Source: Gemmatimonadota bacterium (GTDB lineage: Bacteria; Gemmatimonadota; Gemmatimonadetes; Palauibacterales; KS3-K002). Taken from it: DNA of 42,692 nt. The notes below the pieces were generated by a model that saw only the letters and a program-made list of their open reading frames with translations, made no database searches and was not told the DNA's origin. The position numbers and the translations under genes were made by a program. Positions 25,656 to 36,283 of this stretch are shown here, one piece after another. Positions within the stretch are counted from its first letter, which is position 1. The number at the start of each line of letters is the position of its first letter. The DNA lies in the NCBI GenBank assembly GCA_039589995.1, contig JBDHGH010000024.1, positions 1 to 42,692 on the forward strand. Direction: 5' to 3'.

Positions 25656-28115
25656 CTATTTCGCTTCCGTCAGCTCGCGCTCTTCCTCCTCGGAGACGAT
25701 CCGCGTCACATCGACCAGCGTATCGCCCCGATCCAGGTTGACGAGTTTGACGCCCTGGGCGTTGCGGCCCGTCTGGCGGATCTCTGCCACTCGCTGGCGG
25801 TTCACGATTCCGTTCCGCGTTATCAGGACGAGCTCGTCGTCGGCGGTGACCTCCTTGATCGATACGACGTTCCCCGTCTTGGGCGACAGCCGGACGTTGA
25901 TCACGCCCTTGCCCCCTCGTCTCTGCATCCGGTATGCCGAGATCTGGGTCCGCTTGCCCATGCCTTTCTCGGTAACCACCAGCAAGCTGGCTTCGTCGGG
26001 AACCGTAACCAGGCCAATCACCTGATCGCTGCGACCCAGCACGATGCCCTTAACGCCGCGCGCCACCCGGCCCATCTCCCGGACATCATCCTCGTGGAAG
26101 CGGATCGCCTTGCCGCGTCGGGTGGCCAACACGACTTCGTCTTCTCCACCGGTGAGTCGGACGTCCATCAACTCGTCACCCTTGGCGATGCCGATGGCGT
26201 AGATCCCGCTCGAGCGGATGTTCCCGTATGCTGCCAGCGACGTCTTCTTTACCATCCCTTTTCGGGTCGCGAAAAGCAGATAGCGGTCCTCGCTGAACTC
26301 TCTCACCGGTACCATCGCGGTAACCCGATCGTCCTTGTTGATGCGGATCAGGTTAATGATCGGCCGGCCCCGCGCCGTGCGGCTGGCCGGCGGGACCTGG
26401 TGCACCTTGAGCCAGTGCACGCGTCCCAAGGCGGTGAAAAAGAGGATGTAATCGTGGGTCGAAGCGGTGAAGAGATGCTCAACCCAATCCTGGTCCTTGG
26501 TAGCCATCCCGGCGACACCGCGACCACCGCGTCGCTGACGACGATAAGTGTCGATGGGCATCCGCTTGATGTACCCCTCGTGCGACACCGTCACGACGAC
26601 TTCCTCTTCGGCGATCAGATCCTCGAGCGAGAAATCGGTGATCTCGGCAGCGATCTCGGTTCGGCGATCGTCGCCGTACCGTTTCGCCAGTTCGTCCAAT
26701 TCCTTCTTCACGATCGTCATGCGCCGCTTCTTCGAGGCGAGGATCGCTTTCAGCTCCTTGATCAGCTCGCGAACCTCCTTCAGTTCCGCCTTGAGCTTGC
26801 TGACCTCCAGTCCGGTGAGGCGCGCCAGGCGCATGTTCAGAATCGCCTCGGACTGCTTTTCGCTTAGCTTGAAGCGTTTGCGCAAGGCTTTTCCGGCCGC
26901 CTCGGGGTCCTTCGCTTTCTTGATGATCTCGACGACCGCGTCGATGTTGTCGACGGCTTTCCGCAGGCCGACGAGGATGTGCTCTCGATCCTCGGCATTC
27001 CTGAGATCGAACTGCGTCCGCCGCACAACGACGTCGTGGCGATGATCCACGAAATGCTGGATCATCTCCTTGAGATTCATGATCTTCGGTACACCGTCGA
27101 CCAGCGCCAACATGATGGCGCCGAACGTCGACTGCATCTGCGTGTGCTTGTAGAGCCGGTTCAGAACGATTTGCGCATTCGCATCGCGCTTCAACTCGAC
27201 TACGACGCGCATACCGTCACGGTCGCTCTCGTCACGCAGGTCGCTGATCCCTTCCACTCTGCGTTCACGCGCCAACTCGGCGATCTGCTCGATCAGCCGG
27301 GTCTTGTTGACCATGAACGGGATCTCGGTGATGACGAGCCTCTCACCACCCTTTTTCTTTTCCTCGATTTCGGCGCGCGCGCGGACCACGATGCGACCCC
27401 GACCGGTCTTGTACGCCGCATCGATACCCGCGTGTCCGTGCACGATGGCGCCGGTCGGGAAGTCGGGGCCCTTGACGTATTTCATCAGGTCCCGGGGCGT
27501 TGCTTGGGGATTGTCGATCAGATGTTTCGTCGCGCTCACGAGTTCACGCAGATTGTGCGGCGGGATATTCGTCGCCATGCCGACGGCGATACCTGAAGAG
27601 CCATTCACCAGAAGGTTCGGAAAACGCGCCGGGAGAACCGTCGGCTCGACCAGGCGGTCATCGAAGTTCGGGACGAAGTCGACCGTTTCCTTCTCGATGT
27701 CCCCCAGCAACTCGAGCGCGATCGCGGCCAATCGGGCTTCCGTGTACCGGTATGCCGCGGCGCTATCGCCATCGATCGAACCGAAGTTCCCTTGCCCGTC
27801 CACCAGCGGGTAGCGGAGCGAAAATTCCTGAACCATTCGCACCAGCGCGTCGTACACCGCCATATCGCCGTGCGGATGGAATTTGCCCAGCACCTCACCG
27901 ACGACCGTCGCGCTCTTCTTGTGCGGCCGGTTCGGCGCCATACCCACTTCGTGCATGGCGTACAGGATTCTACGATGGACGGGCTTCAGCCCATCGCGCA
28001 CATCCGGCAACGCGCGCTGCACGATCACGCTCATCGAATAGTCGATGAACGACTCCCGCATCTCGTCTTCGAGAAACCGCGCTACAACTCTTTCGTCGTA
28101 CTCGTTCTCCGCCAT
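25656..28115 (-). CDS. gyrA: DNA gyrase subunit A.
   Basis: [29 protein letters not shown], active-site Tyr region ([11 protein letters not shown]), C-terminal beta-pinwheel repeats. 819 aa. Confidence 0.95.
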   Translation of the reverse strand: MAENEYDERVVARFLEDEMRESFIDYSMSVIVQRALPDVRDGLKPVHRRILYAMHEVGMAPNRPHKKSATVVGEVLGKFHPHGDMAVYDALVRMVQEFSLRYPLVDGQGNFGSIDGDSAAAYRYTEARLAAIALELLGDIEKETVDFVPNFDDRLVEPTVLPARFPNLLVNGSSGIAVGMATNIPPHNLRELVSATKHLIDNPQATPRDLMKYVKGPDFPTGAIVHGHAGIDAAYKTGRGRIVVRARAEIEEKKKGGERLVITEIPFMVNKTRLIEQIAELARERRVEGISDLRDESDRDGMRVVVELKRDANAQIVLNRLYKHTQMQSTFGAIMLALVDGVPKIMNLKEMIQHFVDHRHDVVVRRTQFDLRNAEDREHILVGLRKAVDNIDAVVEIIKKAKDPEAAGKALRKRFKLSEKQSEAILNMRLARLTGLEVSKLKAELKEVRELIKELKAILASKKRRMTIVKKELDELAKRYGDDRRTEIAAEITDFSLEDLIAEEEVVVTVSHEGYIKRMPIDTYRRQRRGGRGVAGMATKDQDWVEHLFTASTHDYILFFTALGRVHWLKVHQVPPASRTARGRPIINLIRINKDDRVTAMVPVREFSEDRYLLFATRKGMVKKTSLAAYGNIRSSGIYAIGIAKGDELMDVRLTGGEDEVVLATRRGKAIRFHEDDVREMGRVARGVKGIVLGRSDQVIGLVTVPDEASLLVVTEKGMGKRTQISAYRMQRRGGKGVINVRLSPKTGNVVSIKEVTADDELVLITRNGIVNRQRVAEIRQTGRNAQGVKLVNLDRGDTLVDVTRIVSEEEERELTEAK

Positions 28116-28275
28116 CTATTTCCTCACGCTGACTTCGTGTGCCAAGTGTCTCAAAACTGGTATCGTTTCTGTATCCCCTGTCACATTTGACCGCAATGGC
28201 AACAGGGGCTCAACCACCGGATCGACATCCCGCCGGTGAGCCCCCGTACCACGGATCGTGAAGGGCCGGCTCTGA

Positions 28276-28650
28276 CTACTGCTGTTCGGCGAGTTCTGGG
28301 TGTCTGCTCGGGAAGTAAATCGCCCGGGCGTTCACTATCTTCTGCTGTTCCTGCGCGAGATTCTGCTCGATCGCCCCCTCGCTGGTTGCTCGGATCCGAT
28401 CGATGATTACCGCATCCGCGCCCAGTTCGGCCGCTCGTTCCTTGACGCGGTCGATGATCGCAGCGTCCTGCGTGTCCATCGAGAACGCTTCCTCGATCGC
28501 CGCCATGACCTTGTACTCGTCGGCGATTGGAACGCCTGGCATGAAGACTTCCACGTCCTCCGGCGACACGGGAGGCAGCTTCACGCCCGAACTGCACGCC
28601 ATCGCCGCCACGACCACCGCCAGTCCCAACAGGGCCGTCAAGTATTTCAT
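28276..28650 (-). CDS. Small hypothetical lipoprotein.
   Basis: MKYLTALLGLAVVVAAMACSSG signal and lipobox. Start trimmed from the track ORF (28731) to the ATG preceding the signal peptide. Confidence 0.5.
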   Translation of the reverse strand: MKYLTALLGLAVVVAAMACSSGVKLPPVSPEDVEVFMPGVPIADEYKVMAAIEEAFSMDTQDAAIIDRVKERAAELGADAVIIDRIRATSEGAIEQNLAQEQQKIVNARAIYFPSRHPELAEQQ

Positions 28651-28752
28651 GTTACATGTTCCTCCATGGATTTTGGGCTGGGCTTCCGCGCTTAATTTAA
28701 GGGATTTGGGACCCACGAACCAGAGCGCCAAGATCGCTCGAAACCCCTTATT

Positions 28753-29763
28753 TCAAGCCACGCATCGGAAGTCACGCGGTTCTTGGAACCCGGCGGTGGC
28801 AAGCTGTTCGCGGATCAGAGGACGGGCCCCCGGCGCACCAACGATTACCAGCAGATAGTCGTCGCGAAACCGACCGACCTCGCCCGCGCTTTGCACCGGT
28901 GCTCCATAGATCTGTTGTCCAATCTTGCGCGGATCGATATCGAAGAAACGCGCTACTCTTACACCCTGGTCCGCCAGCTCCCGCGCGAAGTTCTTCCCTA
29001 CCCTGCCAGCACCCCAGATGCTCACGGCATCGCGGTCCCGCAGAACGCCCTCCCGCAGATGATAGATCTTGCAGCGACGAAACGCGTCGGCCGAATAGCG
29101 GGGATCGACACGGGACGCACGGCCATCCCTCTCACGCCAGTAGTGCCTGATCCGTGGAAGATTGGCCAATCGACCGCCTGAATGGTGGAGCCGCAGAATC
29201 AAGTCGTAGTCTTCGGGCCAACCGTTGACACGATAACCCCCGGCCCGCTCGAATTCTGCGCGGCGCACCACCAGCGTCGGATGCGCGATGGGGCATTCGA
29301 CAAAAATGTCACGCGCGAGGCTCTCGGGCTCCGAAAGATCGTTCAGCCAGCGCTGATAGCGACGAGCGCCGACGCCGAGTTTTTCCCATGGGAAATACCG
29401 GATGTGAGTACCGACGGCTGCCACGTCGAGCCGAGCGTCCAGTAGCTCCAACTGTTCCGCGAATCTGCGAGGGTGGACTACATCGTCCGCATCCGCGCGA
29501 GCCACGAATTCGCCGCGACACAGCTCGCCGCCCGACCTCAAAGCCTCAGCAAGTCCGTTCCTGTCTTCATGGATCACGCGAACCCGCGAATCCCGAGAGG
29601 CCCATCGCTCCAGTTCGGTGCCGGTGTCGTCCTGGGATCCATCGTTGACCGCGATCACTTCGAATTCGCTGAAAGTCTGCCGGCTCAGACTGCTAATCGC
29701 TTGGGGAAGATGCTCGGCAGCATCGCGACACGGCATGAGCACGGATATCCGCGGAACGCTCAC
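28753..29763 (-). CDS. Family 2 glycosyltransferase with an extra C-terminal Rossmann-like (GxGxxG) domain.
   Basis: GT2 motifs ISVLMPCRDAA, EVIAVNDGSQDDT, ADADD. C-terminal VSIWGAGRVGKNFARELADQGVRVARFFDIDPRK looks like a dinucleotide/CoA-binding fold. 4-bp overlap with the upstream uvrA gene. Confidence 0.75.
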   Translation of the reverse strand: MSVPRISVLMPCRDAAEHLPQAISSLSRQTFSEFEVIAVNDGSQDDTGTELERWASRDSRVRVIHEDRNGLAEALRSGGELCRGEFVARADADDVVHPRRFAEQLELLDARLDVAAVGTHIRYFPWEKLGVGARRYQRWLNDLSEPESLARDIFVECPIAHPTLVVRRAEFERAGGYRVNGWPEDYDLILRLHHSGGRLANLPRIRHYWRERDGRASRVDPRYSADAFRRCKIYHLREGVLRDRDAVSIWGAGRVGKNFARELADQGVRVARFFDIDPRKIGQQIYGAPVQSAGEVGRFRDDYLLVIVGAPGARPLIREQLATAGFQEPRDFRCVA

Positions 29764-32501
29764 GTCGCCATCTCCCGCTCGCGACTCCCGTCCAGTATGT
29801 CCCGCAGAAAGCGGCCCGTATGAGAGTCAGCCACCGCGGTGATCGCGTCCGGACGACCCATTGCGACTACCCGCCCACCGTGAGTGCCAGCACCCGGGCC
29901 CAGGTCGATGACCCAATCGGCACACTTGATGACCTCGAGGTTGTGCTCGATCACCACGACGCTGTTGCCTGCTTCACTGGCCGACGCCAGTTCCCTGGCG
30001 AGCTTGAGTCGCTGAGCTTCGCCTCCAGAAAGCGTGGTCGCGGGTTGGCCCAGACGCAGATAGCCCAACCCCACTCTCTGAAGTTGCCACAGCATCTCAC
30101 CCAGCTTGTCTTCTTTGATGAAGAACTGTATTGCCTGGTCGACCGACAAATCGAGAACGTCATGGATGCTTCGCCCACGATAGCGTACCTCGAGGATCTC
30201 CGGCTTGAAGCGCCGGCCGCCGCACAGTGCGCACGGAACATAGACATCGGCCAGGAACAACATCTCGACTTCGATCTGGCCGGCTCCTTCGCACTCCTCG
30301 CAGCGGCCACCCGCGATGTTGAAGGAAAAATGTCCGGGGCCCAACTTGCGGCGTCGAGCCTCCGGTAATTCAGCGAAAATTCGCCGGATCTCCGAATACG
30401 CCTTGAGGTACGTCACCGCGTTCGAGCGCGGTGTGCGGCCGATGGGGCTCTGATCGATGAGCACGACACCCGCGAGCGCCCCGCTTCCACGCAACGTCCG
30501 GTACGTACCCACCGGTTCGCCCAAGTGCTGCTTCGCGCTCGTTTGTCCGGCGATCTTCCGTTCCAAGCCGCGGTACAGGACATCGTGGACCATTGTGGAT
30601 TTCCCGCTCCCCGATACGCCCGTGACAACCGTCAGCGCTCCCAGCGGGATGCTCACATCTATGTCGTCGAGGTTGTGCAGCCGCGCGCCCTCGAGAACCA
30701 GGCGCTGAGCGTCCACCGGTCGTCGCCGTTTCGGCGTCGGCACCATCTCGCGGCCGGATAGGTAGGCACCCGTGAGCGTATCGGAAGCCAGGAGGCCCTC
30801 GTAGCTGCCCTCGTATACCAATTCGCCGCCGCGCTCACCCGAGGCTGGCCCTAACTCGATCACGTAATCGGCCCGCTCGACAGCCGCCGGGTCGTGTTCG
30901 ACGACGAGTACCGCGTTACCGAGGTCACGCAGTTCCTCTAGCAGGCGGTAGAGGCGCTCCGTGTCGCGGGGATGAAGACCGATGGAGGGCTCGTCGAGCA
31001 CGTAGGTGACATCGACCAGGGCGCTGCCCAGCGAGTTCGCCAGGTTGATTCGCTGCGACTCGCCACCCGATAGCGTTCGCGCCTGTCGGTCGAGCGTCAG
31101 ATAGCCGAGCCCCACCTCATCGAGGAAGATGACTCGAGAGCGCAGTTCCCGAACGATCGTTTCGGCGATGGTCATGAAATGCTTCGTCAACTTCAGGCCC
31201 TCAGCCCAACGCCGAAGCTCTTCTACGGGAAGCGCACTGACCTCAGCGATCGTCGCGCCGGCAATCTTGACGTTCAGCGCCTCCTGGCGGAGGCGTGCCC
31301 CCTGACATTCCGCACAGGTTTGCGCGGTTTGATACTGTCGAACGAAGACACGGATGTACTGCTTGTATTTCTTGGTCCGCTTCAAGCGATCCAACTGCTC
31401 CAACACACCCTCGAACCCTCGCTCGCCTTCTAGAACGACTTTGCGGAATTCCTCCGGCAGTTGGTCCCAGGGCTTCCTCATCGACACTTTGTGTTTGCGA
31501 GCCAACTCTCGAAGGTGGTAGCGACGGTCCTCGTAGCGTGGTTTAGTCCACGGATCCACCGCACCATCGTCCAGAGAGCGCTCGGGCTTCGGAATGATGA
31601 GATCGAGGTCGAACTCGAGCGTCGCCCCAAACCCGTTGCAGATAGGACAAGCGCCTAACGGACTGTTGAACGAGAAAAGTGTCGGTACCGGTTCGGGAAA
31701 GGTCAGCGAACAGTCGGGGCATCGGAACCGCTCTGTAAACGCCAGGCGTTCCTCTACACCGTCCTCGCTCGCGACCAGCACCACTGATTCGCCTTCCCCT
31801 TCCGCGAAGGCGGTTCCAAGCGAGTCGGCCAGTCGCGATTTGGACGCGCCGCCCACCTTCAGGCGATCCACGACGACCAACAGCTCATCGGACGAAGTCA
31901 ACAGCGCAGGCTGACCGTCTTCTTCTTTGTTGCCTTCTCCAAGGTACACTTCCCGGCCGTCGGCGATGACACGGATAAAGCCTAAGGTTCGCAGATTCTC
32001 GGCCACCAACTCGTCGCTGACCTCCGATGAACGTGGCAGCGGAAAGGCGATCTGAATCCGGCTTCCCTTGGGTAGTTTCCGTACCCGGTCGACCGCACCC
32101 TGTACGGTGTCGGGCTTGATCTCGCGGCCGCACTTCGGGCAGTGCGTGCGGCCCACACGCGCCCAAAGCAGTCGCAAGTAATCGTGGATCTCGGTGGCGG
32201 TGCCGACGGTGGACCGGCTGGTCTTCGTGGGGTTCTTCTGCTGGATGGCAACCGCGGGGCTCAGCCCTTCCACCGACTCCACATTCGGGCGCTCCATCCT
32301 TTCGAGAAACTGCTTGGCGTAAGAAGACAACGATTCCACATATCTTCGCTGCGCTTCGGCGAAAATCGTGTCGAACACGAGAGAGGACTTCCCCGAACCC
32401 GAAGGGCCGGTCACGACCGTGAACGCCCTGTGAGGGATATCGAGGTCGATTCCCTTCAGGTTGTGTTGCGAGGCTCCTCTTACTTTAATGAACTCTTCCA
32501 C
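29760..32501 (-). CDS. uvrA: Excinuclease ABC subunit A.
   Basis: Canonical N-terminus (IKVRGASQHNLKGIDLDIP...VVTGPSGSGKSSLVFDTIFAEAQRRYVESLSSYAKQFL). Two ABC modules and zinc-finger Cys clusters. 913 aa. Confidence 0.95.
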   Translation of the reverse strand: MEEFIKVRGASQHNLKGIDLDIPHRAFTVVTGPSGSGKSSLVFDTIFAEAQRRYVESLSSYAKQFLERMERPNVESVEGLSPAVAIQQKNPTKTSRSTVGTATEIHDYLRLLWARVGRTHCPKCGREIKPDTVQGAVDRVRKLPKGSRIQIAFPLPRSSEVSDELVAENLRTLGFIRVIADGREVYLGEGNKEEDGQPALLTSSDELLVVVDRLKVGGASKSRLADSLGTAFAEGEGESVVLVASEDGVEERLAFTERFRCPDCSLTFPEPVPTLFSFNSPLGACPICNGFGATLEFDLDLIIPKPERSLDDGAVDPWTKPRYEDRRYHLRELARKHKVSMRKPWDQLPEEFRKVVLEGERGFEGVLEQLDRLKRTKKYKQYIRVFVRQYQTAQTCAECQGARLRQEALNVKIAGATIAEVSALPVEELRRWAEGLKLTKHFMTIAETIVRELRSRVIFLDEVGLGYLTLDRQARTLSGGESQRINLANSLGSALVDVTYVLDEPSIGLHPRDTERLYRLLEELRDLGNAVLVVEHDPAAVERADYVIELGPASGERGGELVYEGSYEGLLASDTLTGAYLSGREMVPTPKRRRPVDAQRLVLEGARLHNLDDIDVSIPLGALTVVTGVSGSGKSTMVHDVLYRGLERKIAGQTSAKQHLGEPVGTYRTLRGSGALAGVVLIDQSPIGRTPRSNAVTYLKAYSEIRRIFAELPEARRRKLGPGHFSFNIAGGRCEECEGAGQIEVEMLFLADVYVPCALCGGRRFKPEILEVRYRGRSIHDVLDLSVDQAIQFFIKEDKLGEMLWQLQRVGLGYLRLGQPATTLSGGEAQRLKLARELASASEAGNSVVVIEHNLEVIKCADWVIDLGPGAGTHGGRVVAMGRPDAITAVADSHTGRFLRDILDGSREREMAT

Positions 32502-32605
32502 TAATCGTCCCGGTTCTCTCTGCGCGCTCCGCCTCTTGGAGGTGAGAGTAAACGGACTCCCAACAATCTTTCCATCCTGCCTGCTCCCGGATAGGTTGCA
32601 TCGTC

Positions 32606-34429
32606 ATGCAGATAGCTCCGGAAGTCGACTTCCACGAGGAAGAAGCACTCGGCCGGTCCTACGACGGCCACCTCATGCGACGCCTGCTCCGCTACCTCGA
32701 GCCGTACCGCCTCAAGGTAGCACTGGCCGTAGTCATGCTCATCGCAGCTTCCGGCCTCGACCTGGTGGGGCCATACCTCACGGCCGTGGCCATCGACAGG
32801 GCCATCCCTCAGCGAGATCTGAATCTGTTGGCGGTCCTCGCTGGAATCTACACGGTCGCGCTAGTGCTCGCTCTACTGCTCAGTTACGCGCAGACGCTGC
32901 TGACTACCTGGATCGGTCAGAGCGTTATGTACGATCTGCGTACACAGATCTTCGCCCAACTCCAGCGGCTCTCGTTGCGCTTCTTCGACCGCAACCCGGT
33001 CGGTCGGCTCATGACCCGACTGACCAGCGACGTCGAGGTGCTGAACGAGATGTTCACGTCCGGCGTCGTCGCGATCTTTGGTGACGTGTTTACTCTCGTT
33101 TTCATCGTTGGGATCATGCTGACGATGAGTTGGAAGCTGGCCCTCGTCTCCTTTACCGTGCTGCCGCTTGTCTGGGCCGCCGCCTACTGGTTCCGAAAGA
33201 ACGTGCGGCGCACCTACCGAGAGATCCGCGTGAAGCTCGCCCGGATCAACTCGTTTCTGCAGGAACGCATCTCCGGAATGAGCGTCGTTCAGCTGTTCGG
33301 CCGCGAGGGTGCCGAGCTCGAAAAGTTCAAGGCGATCAATGCCGACCACCTGCACGCTCACCTGAGGTCGATCCACTACTACGCCATCTTTTGGCCGCTG
33401 ATCGAATTGGTCGCGGCCATCGCCGTGGCGCTCGTCCTCTGGTACGGCGGCCTGAATGTTCTGGAGGGAACGATCACGGTCGGCGTGGTGGCGGCTTTCC
33501 TTCAATACGTGCGGCGCTTCTACCGTCCGATCCAAGATCTGTCGGAGAAGTTCAACATCTTGCAGAGCGCCATGGCCAGCTCCGAGCGCGTCTTCCGGTT
33601 GCTGGACATGGAACCGACCGTGCCCGAACCGCAGCAGCCGAGACAGCTCCCCTCGCCACTGCGCGGGGAGATCGAGTTTCGCGACGTCTGGTTCGCTTAT
33701 AACAAGGCCGCACACAAGGACGATGGCGAACCACCCGATTGGGTCCTCAAAGGCGTTTCCTTCAAAGCGGCCCCAGGCGAGCGGCTGGCTGTGGTCGGCC
33801 ACACGGGTGCGGGCAAGACGACGCTCATCAATCTGCTCATGCGCTTCTACGACGTGCAGAAGGGAACGATACTCCTCGACGACATCGACATTCGCGAGTT
33901 TTCGCAGCGTGCACTCCGCAGCGCCATCAAACTGGTCCTCCAGGACGTTTACCTCTTCAGCGGAAGCGCGCGGTTCAACATTCGACTGGGCGAAGAAGAG
34001 ATCACCGATGAAGAGATGGAGGCCGCCGCAGAGCGCGTGGGCGTCGATCGGTTCATTCGCCGCCTGCCCGGCGGATACGATCAGGCACTAGGCGAGCGGG
34101 GTTCGAGTCTTAGCGTAGGCGAGCGCCAACTCTTGTCTTTCGCTCGCGCTCTCGCCTTCGACCCACGGATCCTCATCCTCGACGAGGCGACGAGCTCGGT
34201 GGACTCCGAGATCGAAGCGCAGATTCAGGCGGCTCTGGAAGAGCTCATGCGTGGGCGTACCAGCCTGGTCATCGCCCATCGCCTGTCCACCGTTCAGAAC
34301 GCCGACCGCATCATCGTCATGCACCATGGCGAGGTTGTTGAGGTGGGAACCCACGCCGAACTCCTCGATAGGGGCGAACTTTACGCTCGCCTTTACGAAT
34401 ACCAATTCGTCGGCGAGGGCGTGGCTTGA
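32606..34429 (+). CDS. msbA: ABC exporter, fused permease and ATPase, MsbA-like lipid A flippase.
   Basis: Six-TM domain followed by Walker A GHTGAGKTT, signature LSVGERQLLSFARAL and Walker B ILILDEATSSVD. Clustered with kdtA. Confidence 0.85.
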   Translation: MQIAPEVDFHEEEALGRSYDGHLMRRLLRYLEPYRLKVALAVVMLIAASGLDLVGPYLTAVAIDRAIPQRDLNLLAVLAGIYTVALVLALLLSYAQTLLTTWIGQSVMYDLRTQIFAQLQRLSLRFFDRNPVGRLMTRLTSDVEVLNEMFTSGVVAIFGDVFTLVFIVGIMLTMSWKLALVSFTVLPLVWAAAYWFRKNVRRTYREIRVKLARINSFLQERISGMSVVQLFGREGAELEKFKAINADHLHAHLRSIHYYAIFWPLIELVAAIAVALVLWYGGLNVLEGTITVGVVAAFLQYVRRFYRPIQDLSEKFNILQSAMASSERVFRLLDMEPTVPEPQQPRQLPSPLRGEIEFRDVWFAYNKAAHKDDGEPPDWVLKGVSFKAAPGERLAVVGHTGAGKTTLINLLMRFYDVQKGTILLDDIDIREFSQRALRSAIKLVLQDVYLFSGSARFNIRLGEEEITDEEMEAAAERVGVDRFIRRLPGGYDQALGERGSSLSVGERQLLSFARALAFDPRILILDEATSSVDSEIEAQIQAALEELMRGRTSLVIAHRLSTVQNADRIIVMHHGEVVEVGTHAELLDRGELYARLYEYQFVGEGVA

Positions 34430-36192
34430 TGCACGCACTTGGCTCACACACGCATACGTCCTTTTCCAACGGTAGACGGGAGCGAATCTCCGTGACTTCC
34501 TCGACACGAATCTTGGCATTGACCGCAGCAATCCTCGCGACAGCTTGTTCGACCACGCCCTCGGCAGAGTCGCCTCAGCCGACGCCGACATCGATGACCG
34601 GCTCTGACGCCATCACCGCGGCAGCCTTGGAGGCCCAACTCACCACCTTCGCCCACGACTCGATGCTGGGCCGCGAGTCGGGCACGCTTGGCAACTTCAA
34701 AGGGACCGAGTTCCTCGCCGCCGAGGCTGCGCGAATCGGTTTAGAGCCGGCGGGCGATGATGGCACCTATTTCCAAACGATCCCGATGATGGAGCGCGCC
34801 CTCGCCGACGACGCCAACGTGGGTGTCGCAGGGACCGATCTCGAGCTTGGAGAGGATTACCTGCCCCTGCCGCCCGTTGGCGGTGTGCTGCCTTTCAGGT
34901 TCGGTTCCAGCCGATCACTGGACGGCGTGGAAGTAATCTACGGCGGCCAGCTGGGTGATACCGCAAACATGGTGGACTCCGAGCAGGCTACGGGTAAGCT
35001 CGTCCTCTTCACACCCTCGATGGGTATGGGGATGGGTGCCTTCAGCTCGCTGAGGGGCTTCGAGTCGGCCGCCGGCATCGCCTTGGCCATGCTGCACCTG
35101 CTGCCCGCGAACGTAACGAACTACCTCAGTCGGCCGCAGATGTTTCTCGACGAGGGGGAAACAACATCGTCCGAGCGCCCGCTCGGGATGTTCGTAAACC
35201 TGAACGGCGCAGAGATTCTCCTTGGAAAGTCCGTGGGGAACGCCCAGATCGGGGAAATAGGTGGTACGATCGAAGGCACGTTCAGCTATGAAGAAAGACC
35301 GGTGCCACACCCCGCTCGGAACGTGGTCGGAATCGTCCGCGGCTCCGATCCGAACCTTCAGAACGAATACATCGCCATCGGATCGCACAACGACCACGAC
35401 GGACTGTCTTCGAACGCCGTGGACCATGATTCGCTTTGGGCCTTCAACAAGGTTCTGCGGCCCCAGGGGGCCGAGGGACAGCCCCGACGTGCGACTGAAG
35501 AGGACCTGGCGCGAATCCAGGCGATCCGCGACAGCCTCGCCGCGCAGCGACCGACGCGGCTCGATTCGATCTATAACGGAGCGGACGACGACGGATCCGG
35601 TTCCGTCGCCATGCTGGGAGTCGCCGAGGCGTTCGCCACCTCAAACCCCAGTCCGAAGCGGTCGATCCTCTTCGTCTGGCACACCGCCGAAGAAAAGGGC
35701 CTCTACGGCGCCGCCTACTTCACCGACAACCCAACGGTCCCCCGCGAGTCGATCGTCGCGAATATCAACCTGGACATGGTCGGTCGTGGGGTAGAAGGCG
35801 ACGTGGAGGGCGGCGGTCCCGGCTACCTACAGATCCTCGGATCGCGGAGGCTATCCACCGAGCTCGGCGACCTGGTCGAGTCCGTGAACACCGCGTCCGG
35901 CTTCGATTTCGAGTTCGACTACTCGTACGACGCGGATGGCCACCCTCAGCAGTTCTACTGCCGCAGCGATCATTATATGTACGCGCGATACGGTATCCCC
36001 GTTGTCTTCTTCAGCACGGGAAGCCACCAGGACTACCACATGGTGACCGACGAATCGCAGTACATCGATTACGACAAGATGGCGCGCGTCTCGCAGTTCG
36101 TTTACGAAATAGCCGCGTCGATCGCGAACCTGGACCATCGACTGGTGGTTGATAAACCAAAACCGGACCCCAACGCGCCGTGCCGGCAATAG
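34426..36192 (+). CDS. M28-family zinc aminopeptidase lipoprotein with PA-like insert.
   Basis: Lipobox ILATACS. M28 metal-binding motifs GSHNDHDG, NGADDDGSGSVAMLGVAEAF, WHTAEEKGLYGAAYF. Start overlaps the msbA stop. Confidence 0.8.
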   Translation: MMHALGSHTHTSFSNGRRERISVTSSTRILALTAAILATACSTTPSAESPQPTPTSMTGSDAITAAALEAQLTTFAHDSMLGRESGTLGNFKGTEFLAAEAARIGLEPAGDDGTYFQTIPMMERALADDANVGVAGTDLELGEDYLPLPPVGGVLPFRFGSSRSLDGVEVIYGGQLGDTANMVDSEQATGKLVLFTPSMGMGMGAFSSLRGFESAAGIALAMLHLLPANVTNYLSRPQMFLDEGETTSSERPLGMFVNLNGAEILLGKSVGNAQIGEIGGTIEGTFSYEERPVPHPARNVVGIVRGSDPNLQNEYIAIGSHNDHDGLSSNAVDHDSLWAFNKVLRPQGAEGQPRRATEEDLARIQAIRDSLAAQRPTRLDSIYNGADDDGSGSVAMLGVAEAFATSNPSPKRSILFVWHTAEEKGLYGAAYFTDNPTVPRESIVANINLDMVGRGVEGDVEGGGPGYLQILGSRRLSTELGDLVESVNTASGFDFEFDYSYDADGHPQQFYCRSDHYMYARYGIPVVFFSTGSHQDYHMVTDESQYIDYDKMARVSQFVYEIAASIANLDHRLVVDKPKPDPNAPCRQ

Positions 36193-36283
36193 ATCGGACG
36201 AGACAGCGAATCGCCGATATCGTCACCGTCGTCGCCGCGTCGGCGTCCTCGCCCTCGCCCCGCGTCCGCGAGGTTCTGAGATC

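Noticed and set aside
28175-28208. 7-bp stem / 20-nt loop hairpin (CCCCTGT...ACAGGGG) between gyrA start and the lipoprotein gene end
   Set aside because: No adjacent U-run on the relevant (minus) strand. Too weak to call a terminator or operator.
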